DNA from: Octopus sinensis
Taxonomy: Eukaryota
NCBI RefSeq assembly: GCF_006345805.1
Contig: NC_043003.1
Coordinates: forward strand, 114,948,001-115,012,000
Length of the DNA: 64,000 nucleotides
Direction of reading: 5' to 3'
Under the pieces are notes generated by a model, which saw nothing but the letters and a program-made list of their open reading frames with translations, was not told the origin of the DNA and ran no database searches. Made by a program: the position numbers and the translations under genes. Each line of letters opens with the position of its first letter. The stretch's first letter is position 1. This document shows positions 1-13,896 of this stretch, one piece after another.

Positions 1-20
1 ATATATTATATATATATATA

Positions 21-97
<77 letters not shown>

Positions 98-100
98 TAA
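1..100. repeat. (TA)n microsatellite; representative of dozens of (TA)n/(CA)n tracts across the window
   Basis: Direct reading. Similar tracts at about 470-660, 9700-9860, 29180-29420, 29660-29930, 34800-35130, 41380-41690, 53180-53400, 56550-56780, 60765-61300. Confidence 0.98.
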
Positions 101-225
101 AACTTACTTGGAAAAGGATGCGTGGCGTTCGATCATATAAGAGTATAAATATTATATAAATATATGCATATATACATACATATATGTACTTACCTACATA
201 TATATGTATATATACATGTATATAT

Positions 226-473
226 GGGTACAGGACATCAAAAAACCGTGGAATACAATGAGAAACGAAAGCAAAAGCAAAAATATAGAAACAAACTTTT
301 TTTCAAACAACGAAAAAACGAGAAAAACAGAGAACAAGACATAGAACACAATGGATATTCCCCTTCTTCAGTTGTTCCTGTTTTTTTGTTGTTTGAAAAA
401 AAGTTAATTTCTTTGTTTTTGTTTTTACGTTTTCGTTTCTCATTGTGTTCACGTTATTTTATGTCCTGTACCC
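226..473. mobile_element. Fold-back/MITE-like element with long imperfect TIRs inserted in (TA)n
   Basis: Begins GGGTACAGGACAT and ends ATGTCCTGTACCC. About 90 bp of each end is reverse-complementary. TSD unreadable because the flanks are TA repeats. Confidence 0.75.
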
Positions 474-478
474 ATATA

Positions 479-519
<41 letters not shown>

Positions 520-528
520 TATATAATA

Positions 529-571
<43 letters not shown>

Positions 572-661
572 GGTATGTACACATATGCATGTATATATGT
601 ACATATTTATATATATTATGTATTATATATATATAATATATAATATATATATATATATATA

Positions 662-812
662 TTTAGTTGAAATTTTCAGAAAAACAAAAGACGAAGACAG
701 GTGTATTAGTTTAACGTTCTAGAAAGTGAGAAAGTATTTTACATTTCGAGCCTACGCTCTTCAACAGAAAGGAACACGAGGAAATTACCAGAGAGAGAAT
801 AAAACTATATAA
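662..812 (-). mobile_element. Small repeat with a degenerate hammerhead motif (same family as 33770-33925)
   Basis: Reverse complement matches 33770-33925; flanked by (TA)n on both sides. Confidence 0.7.
736..771 (-). ncRNA. Degenerate minimal type I hammerhead motif
   Basis: Minus strand reads CTTT CTGTTGA A GAG-CGTAGG-CTC GAAA TGT A AAAT; core positions A6 and C15.2 deviate. Confidence 0.4.
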
Positions 813-1484
813 GAATATATATATGTGTATATATATATTTATATATATATATATATATATATCAGTGTGTGTGTGTGTATTTATGTATGAGTGTGTGTGT
901 GCCTTTGCATCTGTGTTTGTCCGGCGATAGTCTAGGTTGAAATAATCTACTCATTCGATTATAACTTCTTCGTGCTGCAGCAAGGCCTCCGTCTGGTGAT
1001 TCGATTGTAAAAAGTGAAAGATAAAAGATCAAATAGAAATTGTTTGTTTTCTCAATGTTGCCGTAGTCAATAATAGGTTAGATAACATCATTCTTTCGTT
1101 AATACTAATTTATTATAGTTAATTCCTGCTAGGCATTAAACGACAGATTACACATGTATTTATTAGAATTGCACCACTTGAATTTAAACTGAAGAGCCAT
1201 TAATAAAATTTCAACAAATTCATTATAATAACATTTTATTTACCTTAAAAAAACATCAAATAACAAACGTGGTTAGAATAAACAGCAGCATTTGTGATGA
1301 ATTTGTGATGGAGAGTTTCAAATGATGCGAAAATGCAGCTGCATTCATAGTTCTTCTCCTTAAACTCAGCGTTTATTAACGGTAAACAAGAGTTTATTCG
1401 AGAAGGTTACGTAATTTACAACAACATACATTAACTCAATGGTAAACAAATTATTATTCGCGTCAGAATTTTTCTTCTTTTCAG

Positions 1485-1552
1485 GTAGAGTGTGTGATGG
1501 ACGAGAAGTTACAGTGAATTATACCGTCGACATTGACCTCATAATCTGTGAA
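1485..1552 (+). CDS. Candidate internal coding exon (68 bp, phase 1 to 0), product unknown
   Basis: Strong acceptor tttttcttcttttcag and donor AA/gtatgt; only one open frame: (G)RVCDGREVTVNYTVDIDLIICE. Confidence 0.4.
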
Positions 1553-2037
1553 GTATGTTTGTCTTGACCACGATAGAAGCTTCATTGATGATATTAGATA
1601 AAGAACTAAGATGATTTTTATGATCTAAAATAGTGCAACGCTCGTAGACATAATAAATTTTTGGAAATATAATCATTGAATGAAAACAATATAAATTTGT
1701 TACCAGTTCGAATATGATTAAGGCATATTCGAACTTGTAAGAAAGTCATTCGCCGTATTTTTTTCATGAAAAAAATTCTGACTTATAGACAAATAGGTGC
1801 AAACCTACCAATTCAGTTCCAAGCATTCCTTATTCAGACTGATTAATGCATGTATTTCGGAGTAGTTATGTTCGATTCAGTCTCAGACACTGGAAAGTAG
1901 TGGTGCTGTGAACTGACAATGAGACGTGTCCACGTCCTCTCCGCCGATTAGCGCTACCAGTCACAGTTCCCTAAGTGAAATATAATAAAAGAGACTTGTC
2001 TTTTGTCAGCTCATAGCACAAGCCCTTTCTCAAGTCT

Positions 2038-2081
2038 GATGCTGAAGAGGAGATAACGAATCCGAAATGCATGCATTCATT
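2038..2081 (+). ncRNA. Type I hammerhead-like motif
   Basis: GATG CTGAAGA GGA-GATAACGAA-TCC GAAA TG-CATG-CA T T CATT. Intact CUGANGA and GAAA; 3-bp stem II; 3-bp stem III; 4-bp stem I with one G-U pair; U at the cleavage position. Confidence 0.5.
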
Positions 2082-3289
2082 TGGGAAGGGAAAGCTTCAA
2101 ACTAACTTTACATCTATTTTTCTCCAGCGAGAAATTTTCTCTATCACAAATTACAGTGAATGGCATTCTTACGAGTTCGAATATGCCTTAAACATACTCG
2201 ATCTGGTAGCAAGTTCATATTTAAACACATCTCTGCTTAGCACTTCTAATCCGTATTTTGATTAGATTACAATCATTCTAGAAATAAAAGAGAACAAGTT
2301 TAATAATAACTTCTTTTAAGCTATGTAGCAGCTAAGCAGGAGCAAAGTTATCACTCAATATTTATTAAAACCTTATCACTTATTCAACGTCTAAAAACAT
2401 ATAGCCTATACAACAAGACATGTATACCTTTTGAATAAAATAGCTTTTACCAATCCCATGTAAACACTAGTTGAATTCAGACTACAGACTTTCAGGCCAC
2501 AAAATTGACCCTTGATCGATTCTTCAACGCTAAGTACGAAGTTAGTCATAGTGAGCGCGCATGCTCTAAGATGTAAAAGAATTAAATTTACAACTCCAAT
2601 AGAATCAAGTACTCACCGCTGTCACTGGTCATATGAAATCAGAACAACGGTATTGTAAGACACCTTACACATTACGATGATGTGTTATACCTATTGTACC
2701 ATGTAACTTTCTCACTATTGATTTCTTCTAACTGATGTGTATTCCAACTGTTGAACCATTAAACAAAGCAAAATAGCGCACATATAATATACATTATTTA
2801 GAATTCCAATAAAAAAACTATCACATAAATAAACTCAAACTCAGTAAGAACTCGTAAATATATCTCATCTCTGACAATGCGTATGTTCTGAGAAATGTGT
2901 ATTATATAAAGAGATCATATCTCAATAACACTGCACTTGGTTATAGAAGTTTCTTTGAGTCGCTGCATACATATATCGCATTTTCTATATCACCATCTTG
3001 AAAATACGAAAATCAATCTGTAAATATGTGCAATATTCACGTAAGAAATGTATCAATACATAGGACGACAATTCTCAATAAATGACTACCGTTTAAACAA
3101 TGACTGACACTAGTCAAAACGTTTTTGTCCCACAAAATTCCATAATTTTGCGCAAAGAAAAAGAAAAGGAAAAGGAAAATACGGGATTTGTTAAAACTGC
3201 ACTATAAAATTTATATTCATTTATAATTCATATATAAAATATATGAAGTTATATTCATTAAGCAAATAACTTATATTTTGACGAAAGAT

Positions 3290-4200
3290 TGGCCCAGACC
3301 ATGTCTAACTAGATAGCACCACCTGATAGGATCTATTAAAATATTTTCAAGTCCAGTTGCGTGGTGTCATGGTCCATCCAAGCAGGGAGTTGTTGACTGA
3401 GATATATCCAGATATAGGTGGCTTATCTCATATACCTTAAAGAAAATTGCTCAGGTTTGGTATGAAGGTGATGTCATCATTTGCTTCTTTGATTTGTTTT
3501 GGAATGATTCTAACTAGAACTGTGCTTCTTGAGGAAAAGAAATTATGTTGCAGTGAATTTATGTGTTGCGAGTCTTGTGTCCCCAGCCTTGGAAGAATTC
3601 TGAATCTGATGTTAAGGTCGTTGGAACAGTGTTCTCCTTTATACAGCACTAGCAGTATCGCCCGGCGTTGCTCGGGTTTGTAAGGGAAATAACTATATAA
3701 GAATTTTTAGAGAGTTATAGCCAAAAGATAGCCAAAAAATGCATTAAAAATGGAAAAAAAATTATGGTAAATCGTTGACTCATCGTAGACTACTTCCCTT
3801 ATATAATAGCGAAAAAATGCATCAAAATGGAAAACAATGATGGTAATTTTTTTTTTAAATCGTAGACTCATCGTAGATGCGCGCTAATACCCAGAAGCGC
3901 TCGATATGAATCACGACTATAAGATACCCGGTTTTGGTTAAACTGCACCGCAAAATGTGGGAGTAGTTAGGAATCTAAATCGTAGGAGACAGACACACAA
4001 CTTGACTTTTATATATAAAGATTTGCTTAAGACGACCAGATCAACTTCCGTTAAAAGAAATCACCTAAGGCTGTGTCTCGCCATTACATACATAAAAGTT
4101 CCATCCAGTTCATTATATTTCATCGTCGTCTGAGCTAGAACACACGCTTGGAAACTTGTATTATCAGTGTATGAATATCTGAAATCCATAAATATATAAA
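3290..4200 (-). mobile_element. 3' fragment of a CR1/L2-group LINE, split by a Helitron-type insertion
   Basis: Minus-strand peptide ...RILPRL...NSLQHNFFSSRS...IPKQIKE...LSNFL*GI*DKPPISGY..NNSLLGW resembles LINE ORF2 C-termini; an LRRR-like motif lies near 4130. Confidence 0.6.
3649..4021 (-). mobile_element. Non-autonomous Helitron-type element
   Basis: On the minus strand: 5' TCTTTATATATAAAAG, a 3' hairpin CCCG-AGCAACGC-CGGG, then CTAG. Inserted between A and T, no TSD, internal tandem subrepeats. Confidence 0.85.
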
Positions 4201-5240
4201 TATATATATAAACGATGTATGATGTATTAAATATTTCGTCTGCAAACCAAAATATATTGATATTCCTACTTTGTCAAATAGTATCTAGGTACCAAAAACA
4301 AGCAGTTGAAGATAAAATGCCTTCCTGACCTTTATTTGTTGAAATGAGAAATAAAATCAAGTCTGCTGTTCACCATATGCATTAGAAAAAACACCCAAAG
4401 TTAAATTAAGCAGGGAAAGAAGAAAATCTTTCCGGAAAAAAGAGATTACAGTAATATTAAAAGGTGATTATAGATTTAGGCAGCTATATTTCTAGGCATA
4501 ACCTCGGGAAAATAAATGAACACGAGAATCCAATCTTAATTTGTTTAAAAGAAGATCCCTTTTGAAAATACGCAAAATAATTACGTGAAGCCTTTCAAAC
4601 GATGACATTGACATTTTAATACTTGCTGGCGTCACAACTAACGTAGAGATACTAAATTGTGCAACATACTGTAAAGTCTGTCAAGTATCACTGAAAGGAA
4701 ACAGAACCTGCAACACTATAAATACAAAAGCAAACAATCTGGCTTTATCTCAAGAAATAAGAGTGGGCAATCTCTACTTCCTCCAGTCCTGTATCAGCCT
4801 TAGGGTCCCTAGGCCAATTTCATTTCTAAACCTAAGTGCCGGTTAATTAACGCCCCCCAAATGAATCGAGTTTAGCCAGCGAGTGAATACGTTCATTAAT
4901 TAAAATTATAATTGACTTTAGTCGGCAATTAAATACTTTATACAAAATTGTAATTAAAGACGCAACAAAACTAGACAAGGCATTGTAATTAGTGGATTTA
5001 GAAAATCGAAAGGAAAACTCTCTGAACTCTTTCATCTCTAAATATACAGAAGGAAATTCTGCCAAATCATATTTTGTTTTCCTTAAAATACACGGAATTC
5101 ACAAATAAATCACCACCAGTAGCGATCACCAGAAAATAAATGCTAAGCAAGTCATTCTATAGGTCTTTTATTAGGTTAATACATTTGTTATATGTACATT
5201 ATTTACATTATTTACATTTGTCCTCATTCTGTTTGTTGTT

Positions 5241-5286
5241 AACACAACGTTTCGGTTGATGTATCCTCCAGCTTTAATCAGGTGTT
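5241..5286 (-). ncRNA. Minimal (loop-less stem III) type I hammerhead motif, degenerate core
   Basis: Minus strand reads AACAC CTGATTA A AGCTG-GAGGATACAT-CAACC GAAAC GT T GTGTT; stem I is a perfect 5 bp; G8 is changed to U. Confidence 0.5.
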
Positions 5287-5332
5287 TTGGGGAAAATTTC
5301 GAAGTTCTCATTCCTAATGTTTTTTAAGGTTA

Positions 5333-5447
<115 letters not shown>

Positions 5448-5769
5448 TAAGTGAGAGTGCAGTGCATGCCATCAAAGTGACACATGAGTAAAAAATACGA
5501 AGCCCAATATACCCATCACGACTACCCGTCTGATAAGGGTACATCAGGCACACGCATCACAACGATATGTGCGCGACATGGTGATGTTATATCTAGATTA
5601 ACAGCGCATATTATTATTAATTATTGTTTTTGTTGTTGTTGTTGTTATTTCGCTTCTTAAAGATTTTGATTTCAGTTGCCCCGGCAAATTCTGTAAGAGC
5701 GGACAATAATCTGCTCTGAACGGTCACACAATGTCTCCTTCTACAGAGTCTCTTCCAGCATCGAGATAT

Positions 5770-6177
5770 CTATTTCTTTATTACCCACAAGGGGCTACAC
5801 ACAGAGAGGACACACAAGGACAGACAAACGGGTTAAGTCGATTATATCGACCCCAGTGCATAACTGGTACTTAATTTATCGACCCCAAAAGGATGAAAGC
5901 AAAGTCGACCTCGGTGGAATTTGAACTCAGAACGTAGCGGCAGACGAAATACCTATTTCTTTACTACCCACAAACACATAGAGGACAAACAAGGACTGAC
6001 AAACGGATTAAGTGGATTATATCGACCCCAATGCGTAATTGATACATAATTTATTGACCCCGAAAGGATCAAAGGCAAAGTCGACCTCGGCGGAATCTGA
6101 ACTCAGAACGTAACGGCAGACGAAATACGGCTACGCATTTCGTCCGGCGTGCTAACGTTTGTGCCAGCTCGCCGCCT
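5770..6177 (-). mobile_element. tRNA-derived SINE family B (two tandem body units)
   Basis: Head AGGCGGCGAGCTGGC..., B-box-like GAGTTCAGATTCC, body GCCTTTGATCCTTTCGGGGTC; the body unit is repeated. Confidence 0.9.
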
Positions 6178-6469
6178 CGAGATATCAATCTTAAAATGCT
6201 CACTGCTTCCAACAGTTGTTTTCTGCGCATGACCCATCCTGTTACCAATCCCAATTTCTCTAGAAAATTTCTCAAATCCGGGTTGTGTGGTGGCAATCAT
6301 TAGCGGCATTTCTTCCGTCTTTACGTTCTGATTTCAGATTCCACGAAGGTTGACTTTGCCTTTCATCCTTTCGGAATCATGAAAAAATGAGTACCAGTTG
6401 CATACTGGTGTCAATGTGGTCGAATTATCCACTCCTCCGAAATTATTGTCCTTGCGTGAAAATTTAAAA

Positions 6470-6762
<293 letters not shown>

Positions 6763-7051
6763 TATATTTGAGCTGCTATTGGTGTCATTTTTTTCTTTTG
6801 CAGCGTCGTTCGCGTTATTGGAATATTGTGTTTATTACGTTATTTCAAGCAGGATATGTAATGAAATCTTTCCCCCTCTCACTACCACCAACGCCTTCCT
6901 TAGATCGAAACAGGAATACGTTACTTCAGGTTTCCTTTCCCTTACTTAATACTAGCTGTGGTCCTTGTGGGAAGTTTCGTCATTCCCACCAGACTTCATC
7001 ACAGCGGAGAGGACAATACTCTGTCTGTATTATATGTTGTCATTTAGATGA

Positions 7052-7440
7052 GTGGAGGCGCAATGACCCAGTGGTTAGGGCAGCGGACTCGCGGTCGTAG
7101 GATCGCGGTTTCGATTCCCAGACCGGGCGTTGTGAGTGTTTATTGAGCGAAAACACCTAAAGCTCCACGAGGCTCCGGCAGGGGATGGTGGTGATCCCTG
7201 CTGTACTCTTTCACCACAACTTTCTCTCACTCTTTCCTCCTGTTTCTGTTGTACCTGTATTTCAAAGGGCCGGTCTTGTCACTCCCTGTGTCACGCTGAA
7301 TATCCCCGAGAACTACGTTAAGGGTGCACGTGTCTGTGGAGTGCTCAGCCACTTACACGTTAATTTCACGAGCAGGCTGTTCCATTGTTTCGGATCAACC
7401 GGAACCCTCGTCGTCGTAACCGACGGAGTGCTTCCACTCC
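7052..7440 (+). mobile_element. tRNA-derived SINE family C, near full length
   Basis: A-box-like TGACCCAGTGG and B-box-like GGTTTCGATTCCC; homologous copies at 31918-32285, 42716-42920, 48656-48962. Confidence 0.88.
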
Positions 7441-8574
7441 ACACATTTAGATCAATGTCATTTTAAAGCCACAGTGAAGAAGCGTGATCTAGTGGTAGTG
7501 GTATTTAGTTAGCGATCGTAATTCTGTAAGTTCGATAGCTGCCGACGCGTTGTATTTGCGGGTGTTGTTTTTTCACGTTGTTCCTGTTCACTCAACACAC
7601 AAGTATGAGTTATACCTGTAATACAAAGGGACAGCCGTGTCACACTTTGCGTTCCTAGGAGAACTACATTAAGGTCATGAGTGACTGTGGAGTGATCAGC
7701 TACTTGCGTATTTATTTCATGAGCAGGCTTTTTCCATTGATCAAAGCAACTGGAACATATTTCGACGCAAATGATGGAGCACCAGTTTGTTGTTGGGTTT
7801 AAAGTAAGTACATAAATAATGCAAGTCTCCTGCACATTTCTTTCTCGCGTCCTAAGATGCTAAGAAACGGTTAAGCACTTTCCATGCCGTACAAGTGGAC
7901 GAGATCGTAGAGTAGCCCTGGACGGGAGGCCTTCAAGCCGAGTGGATTAGAGCAATGGGGAATTATGTGTTTTGCACTAGAACCTATCGCCCCACACGGT
8001 CTGGGAGTCGAAATCACAATCGTACGATCGCCAGTGCATTTTCCCAACCGCCAGGGCATGCAGCTTCCTAAAATATGAGCGGAGCCTTCAACCAATTCTA
8101 TTCTAGCTGTGATCAACAGTCATCACTCTTATGTAGGACTATTGGACACAATGTATCTTCTTCAGTTTGGTGCTTTTTGGGTGGTTGTTTATCACGTGCC
8201 TTCCCTGTTGCTTTTATGGCTGTCATTGCTGATGCGCTCGACGCTCTAACATTCCAGGACGAAGTTTTAAACTACTACTACTACTACTAGTATTAGTACT
8301 ACTACTAATGCTTAGTTTTTTTTTAAGATTGTATTTACCATTTCGTCAAATGACAAATGCAGTTGAACTGTGTTCACCTAAATAAGAAGTAAGATTATTG
8401 TTTAAAAGAACAGAAGAAAAGGAAATTCTCTATTTACGAAATAAAAAAAATAATAAATTGAACTACTTATATCCACAGTAAATAAAATATTTATCTAAAA
8501 TTCGAAGAACTTTTGCCCGACACGTCTGACTCAGTCAACAGTAAGTAAGAATAAAAATAACAACAACGAAATCA

Positions 8575-8633
8575 ACAGCAACAGCCACAACAACAACAAC
8601 AACAACAACAACAATAATAACAACAACAACAAC

Positions 8634-8665
<32 letters not shown>

Positions 8666-8670
8666 CAATG
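8575..8670. repeat. (AAC)n/(AAT)n microsatellite
   Basis: Direct reading. Confidence 0.95.
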
Positions 8671-9708
8671 ATAAAATATAAACTCAAATAATAAACAAGA
8701 AACATAATTGAAATAAAAAATACCGTTTCAATCGAATATTTGGTTTCTGGAATTCACTTGTAATATAGTTTCGCCCATTATCTTCCTTGTTTTACAGAAG
8801 TTTGCGTTATTGTGATATGATTGAATTTCTTTTTTATGTTTTCACTATTTTTTTTTTATATATAATTTTCAATTTCTTTTTACCTATGTAGACACTGTGG
8901 AACTTTCCGTCTTATTCATTCTGTTCATTGTAGTGTACTTGCCTACAAATTTGTGTTTGTCTTTGATTGTTAGCTTTCTTATTTTCCATTTTCAATTTGG
9001 GCATTTTTGTTTCACCATCATTTTATTTTTATTTTTTATTTTTATTATACTTTTTATTTTTATTTTTTATTTTTATTATACTTTTTATTTTTATTTTTTA
9101 TTTTTATTATACTTTTTATTTTTATTTCTTTTCATTTTTGCCCTCCCTAAATTTGATTAAGTTTCTGTCCTCATTTTCTTAATCAATATTTTTTCTATAT
9201 TTTCTGCAATTTTTTCCTCCTTGGGATTGGTTTTTAATATTTTTTCCTTCCAGTTCCGTCTGCAAATTTCTGAAATTTAAATTTCGTTTTTTTTCTCTTC
9301 TTTTTCATTTTCTTTTTTACTCATGTTTTATTACTTTTATTTTTTAACTTTTATTAGTTTTTCGCTCCCCTTTTTTCCCTGCTCCACTTCGCATAATATG
9401 ACACTCTTACTCAGCTATCTTTTAATTATTCAAACACACAGAGACACATAGATATACACAGACAGACATTCCTATTCATATTGCACAAAAAGAAATACAT
9501 ATACATACACGCTGTTTCTCCCTCAACAATTTTGCCTTTCAATCTACTTTCCTTTCTTTTTTCAATTTTATTCAATTTCATTCTTCTTTTTTCCTTTACA
9601 CCGGAACACACAAATATACAAATATACGCAAAGATATATAGATATACACCTACATACCATAGGCAGATACAAACATATATACTAATAGCAATATAATGAT
9701 ATATATAT

Positions 9709-9814
<106 letters not shown>

Positions 9815-9819
9815 GTTTG

Positions 9820-9853
<34 letters not shown>

Positions 9854-10142
9854 CGCGTATATATGTTGTTGTTTTTGTGTGCTTATATGTTTAATGTCAC
9901 ACTTGCTTAAGTCTCACTTTATTACTCACATATATTCATTTACTTTCAATCCATACACACAGCTGTACTTCCTATTCCGTGGTCCTTCATTTTTGCCCTA
10001 CATTCTAGTGAACTCTCCTACTCCATTCAAGATTCCCACTTTATATCACTTGCTCTTTGTACACACATACACGCATACATAAATATAATATACGATATAT
10101 GTATAAACATATAAGCATACATATGTGTGTTTGACTATCTCC

Positions 10143-10179
<37 letters not shown>

Positions 10180-10193
10180 CATATATATATATA

Positions 10194-10363
10194 GGCACAG
10201 GAGTGGCTGTGTGGTAAGTAGGTTGCTAACCAACCACATAGTTCCGGGTTCAGTCACACTGCGTGGCATCTTGGCAAGTGTCTTCTGCTATAGCCTCGGA
10301 CCGACCAATGCCTTGGGAGTGGATTAGGTAGACGGAAACTGAAAGAAGCCTGTCGCAGATATG

Positions 10364-10437
<74 letters not shown>

Positions 10438-10652
10438 TGTGTGTCTGTGTTTGTGTGTCTGTGTTTGTCCCCCTAGCCTTGCTTGACAACCGATGCTGGT
10501 GTGTTTACGTCCCCGTCACTTAGCGCTTCGGCAAAAGAGACCGATAGAATAAGTACTGGGCTTACAAAGAATAAATCCCCGGGGTCGATTTGTTCGACTA
10601 AAGGCGGTGCTCCAGCATGGCCGCAGTCAAATGACTGAAACAAGCAAAAGAA
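10194..10652 (+). mobile_element. tRNA-derived SINE family A, full length, with internal (TA)n(TG)n
   Basis: A-box TGGCTGTGTGG, B-box GGTTCAGTC, CORE-like CTTGGCAAGTGTCTTCT, 3' tail GTGCTCCAGCATGGCCGCAGTCAAATGACTGAAACAAG. Confidence 0.92.
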
Positions 10653-10675
10653 AAAAATAAGAAAAAAAAAAAATG

Positions 10676-10710
<35 letters not shown>

Positions 10711-11353
10711 GTAAACGTATGCACAATCATATAATTCGAATCTATACATTTTCTTCTCTCTTTCATTTCTCTTTCCTTGTCAATGTCTCTTTCCCATACT
10801 TTCATTCATTAGGTTTTCTCTATTTCTATCTTTTTCACTCGTTTACAAAACACACTCCCAAATCTCTCCTATTTCTTCTTTAACATTATTTCGTTATTTC
10901 GTCAATTTCTCCATCATTACACTCTCCCAATTCCGCCGTCCGCCCCATCACTTCTTTTCCCTAAAATTCCTTAACTTTCCCTTCAGTTACCTTAATTCAT
11001 TCACCCCTTATTCCCTACCAATTTTACCACCTCTTATTAGCTTATTTTTTTCTCCCCTCCTGCAATCTTATTACCATTCTCTGGTAACATTTTCTCACAT
11101 TCCGCAACAACTCTCACAACAATTAACACAGACTTTACACTCGCACGCTCATACACACAAATATGTATGCGTGTGTACGTGTAACATACATCCAGATTCT
11201 CTCCACCCCGACTCTCTCTCTCTCTCTCTCTATCTCTTTCTCCCTCTCTCTTCATCTTTTGCTTTCACCTTTTTTCTCCTGCCACATATTATTTCCCTTG
11301 GCATTAGTAGGTCTTTCTTACACTAAAGTTCATCACGTGAGGTATCATAATAT

Positions 11354-11784
11354 GGATCTTTTCGGTTTGAACGGCAGTTTTTTTCTAGCGGTGTCATATG
11401 AAATTGTCACCCATAATTATGACCCTAGTATCGATCTATTTTATTTCTATCTGTTTTAGGGTTAGGGCTAGTTAGGGTTACGGTTAGGGGTGGGGGGAAG
11501 TGTATCTTTTTTTCTTCAGAAATATAAATAATCCCAATCTGTTTCTTAAACGAGGGACATATTCATACGGCACAGAATGTTTTCAACTCAATAGATGTCA
11601 TTGATCGGTTGAAATTGCAGAAATTGAAGAAAAAACAACAAATATCTTACAAACTATAGAATTTTCTCAATAAAGCCAAGAGAAAAAGATGTTTTATAAA
11701 CACATTCTACCAGTATACGAAGTTTAAAATTTTTTAGTTACCTAGAAATTATGTTAAAAACTGCCGTTCAATCCAAAAAGTTCC
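11354..11784. mobile_element. Merlin-like MITE, copy 1
   Basis: About 29-bp TIR GGATCTTTTCGGTTTGAACGGCAGTTTTT; 8-bp TSD CATAATAT/CGTAATAT; internal TTAGGG repeats. Confidence 0.85.
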
Positions 11785-13856
11785 CGTAATATTTCCCTCG
11801 TGGTTTCGTAGCTGTGTTTATTTTTGTTGTTATTCCATCTGACGTTTTCATAGTTATATTAAATCATTTTGGTTTTCCTTGCAATATTGCATCAGTTATA
11901 ATACTGATAACTAATATAGGCGAATCTCCTCCACCATGGGCTGACAAAAGATTCGATTAAACTGACATAATTATTTTACTGGCACAATATTTTATCGACT
12001 CTGGAAAAAATGAAGAACGAAGTTGACTTCATAGTGAAACTTAATGAAACATAAAACATTTGCTTACAATTGCGTATTTTCTCATTAGATCCCATTTGCT
12101 GACTACACCGAACAAGTGCCTTCTATTACGGTCTCTGACCAAACACTGTCTTGTGATTTCAGTTTGGTAAGCGGACAAACTTTGAATACTCTTTGGAGAG
12201 TTCTTTCTCGTTTTTGCATTTTAAATTTCGTACGACTCATGTCTTTTGACTTAGATGTCTTGAAAACAACTTGCACATGCAAGTGCTACCAGTCAAAAAC
12301 TCCGCATACCGGAAGCCAGCAAGTGTATGGGGTCATCAGGAGAGAATGCGCGCCGTTTCGGGGCCTACCTCTCGACGGCATCAATGTGCGCCGGCCCCGC
12401 TCACTGATATGAGGCCCCGCTTGCTAGATCAACTGGTTATTAAATAAAACTCAATATCCTTCTAGCCATCGTTCATCGTCTCTTTTTAACTAAATCCAGT
12501 GGCAAGCCTTCACTGTAGTTTGGATATCGGTCATGGTGGTATTGACTATACGATGAGTTAGCATTCAAGAAGTAAAATACGCGTCCATAATATCACCAAG
12601 TGTCCTTCTTTCAAAACCTGATGTGTTACATGGCCTTAGGAAAGTCATACTTAGCACAGGCATTATACAAACATGAATAACTCATCCTCAAAATATCAAC
12701 AATAATTACAATACTTTTGACAATAACAATACAATTTAAACCTATCTTATCGCCCGTCAAGGCATATTGCGCATCATAATAATTAGCCTGATGGTGTCTC
12801 ACTTGATATTCGTCTGTTTTTCCTTTCTTCATATCTCATAGGAAAGCTATTGATGATACGCAGTATTATTTTATTAGAAGATTTTCAGCAAGAATTGAAA
12901 GAAATTACCAGCAATGCAAAGCATATTGATGGAATATTTCCCAGAAATGATGGCTAAATTTTCGGAAAAAAAAATTATTCCCCAGGCGCATCAATATTTT
13001 TCAGGAAAGGTAAAGAAACAGTTTCAAAATCGCAGGGAAGATCCTTAAGACTGTCATTTATAGCGAAGAAGCAGTAAAAATAATGAGAGCAGTAGAAAAT
13101 ATAAAAAATTATGCGTCGATAGAGATTCCTAGAAATAAAATATAAAGCTTTACGTCATTATAAGATTGCAATTTAATTTTTTGAAGGATTCTAAAAAGGA
13201 AAATGAAAAACTGAATGAATAAATAAAAAAAGTATTTCCTTAGATTCACTGTAAAACATGAATAGAAGAGAAGCAGGTGAGTTCTTGAACAGAATATCCT
13301 TAGAAAGAGAAATGACATCCATCAATGACACTCATATAAAAGATGTACTATCTGCAATATATATAGAAAATGAGATTAAATACAGCAGCAGGTACTCATA
13401 GTTTCTCGATAATTCTCTTAAATCTGCGTAGTAACGATCTATTGAAACCCCTTCAAACGTGGATTCAAAGATTTCGTACAAGTGATAAAGATCGGCAGCA
13501 ACAAAAGAATTCTTACAAAAGTTACATTGTACATAGAAGTGCAAATAGACGAATTACACCATCTTGCATACATATATCTTTTATCAGAATTATCAGGGAA
13601 ATATTTATCGGGAGAAACTGCATATGATTTTAAAAGAAGAATACCTTGGAAAGCGATGCTGAGAAGCCGGGTTACATAACGTCTCTAGCAGCGAAGCTAG
13701 ATTCAAAATTAGAAATCAACCGACCAAGAGTAGATACAAGCCGTCTTACCCAAACTTTTGACAAATTTCAAAATTAAAGATATCAGAATAACATATATCG
13801 GAGCGTAACCCACCAAACAATTACAGTAACAATTCTGAATACATGATCCTCTTCAT

Positions 13857-13896
<40 letters not shown>

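Noticed and set aside
7052-7125. tRNA genes at SINE heads (also 10194, 48656, 51494)
   Set aside because: A/B boxes are present, but there is no intact cloverleaf and the heads run into repeated SINE bodies.
13000-13760. Coding-looking purine-rich stretch
   Set aside because: Frequent stops in all frames and no recognisable motif; possibly an old TE but unsupported.
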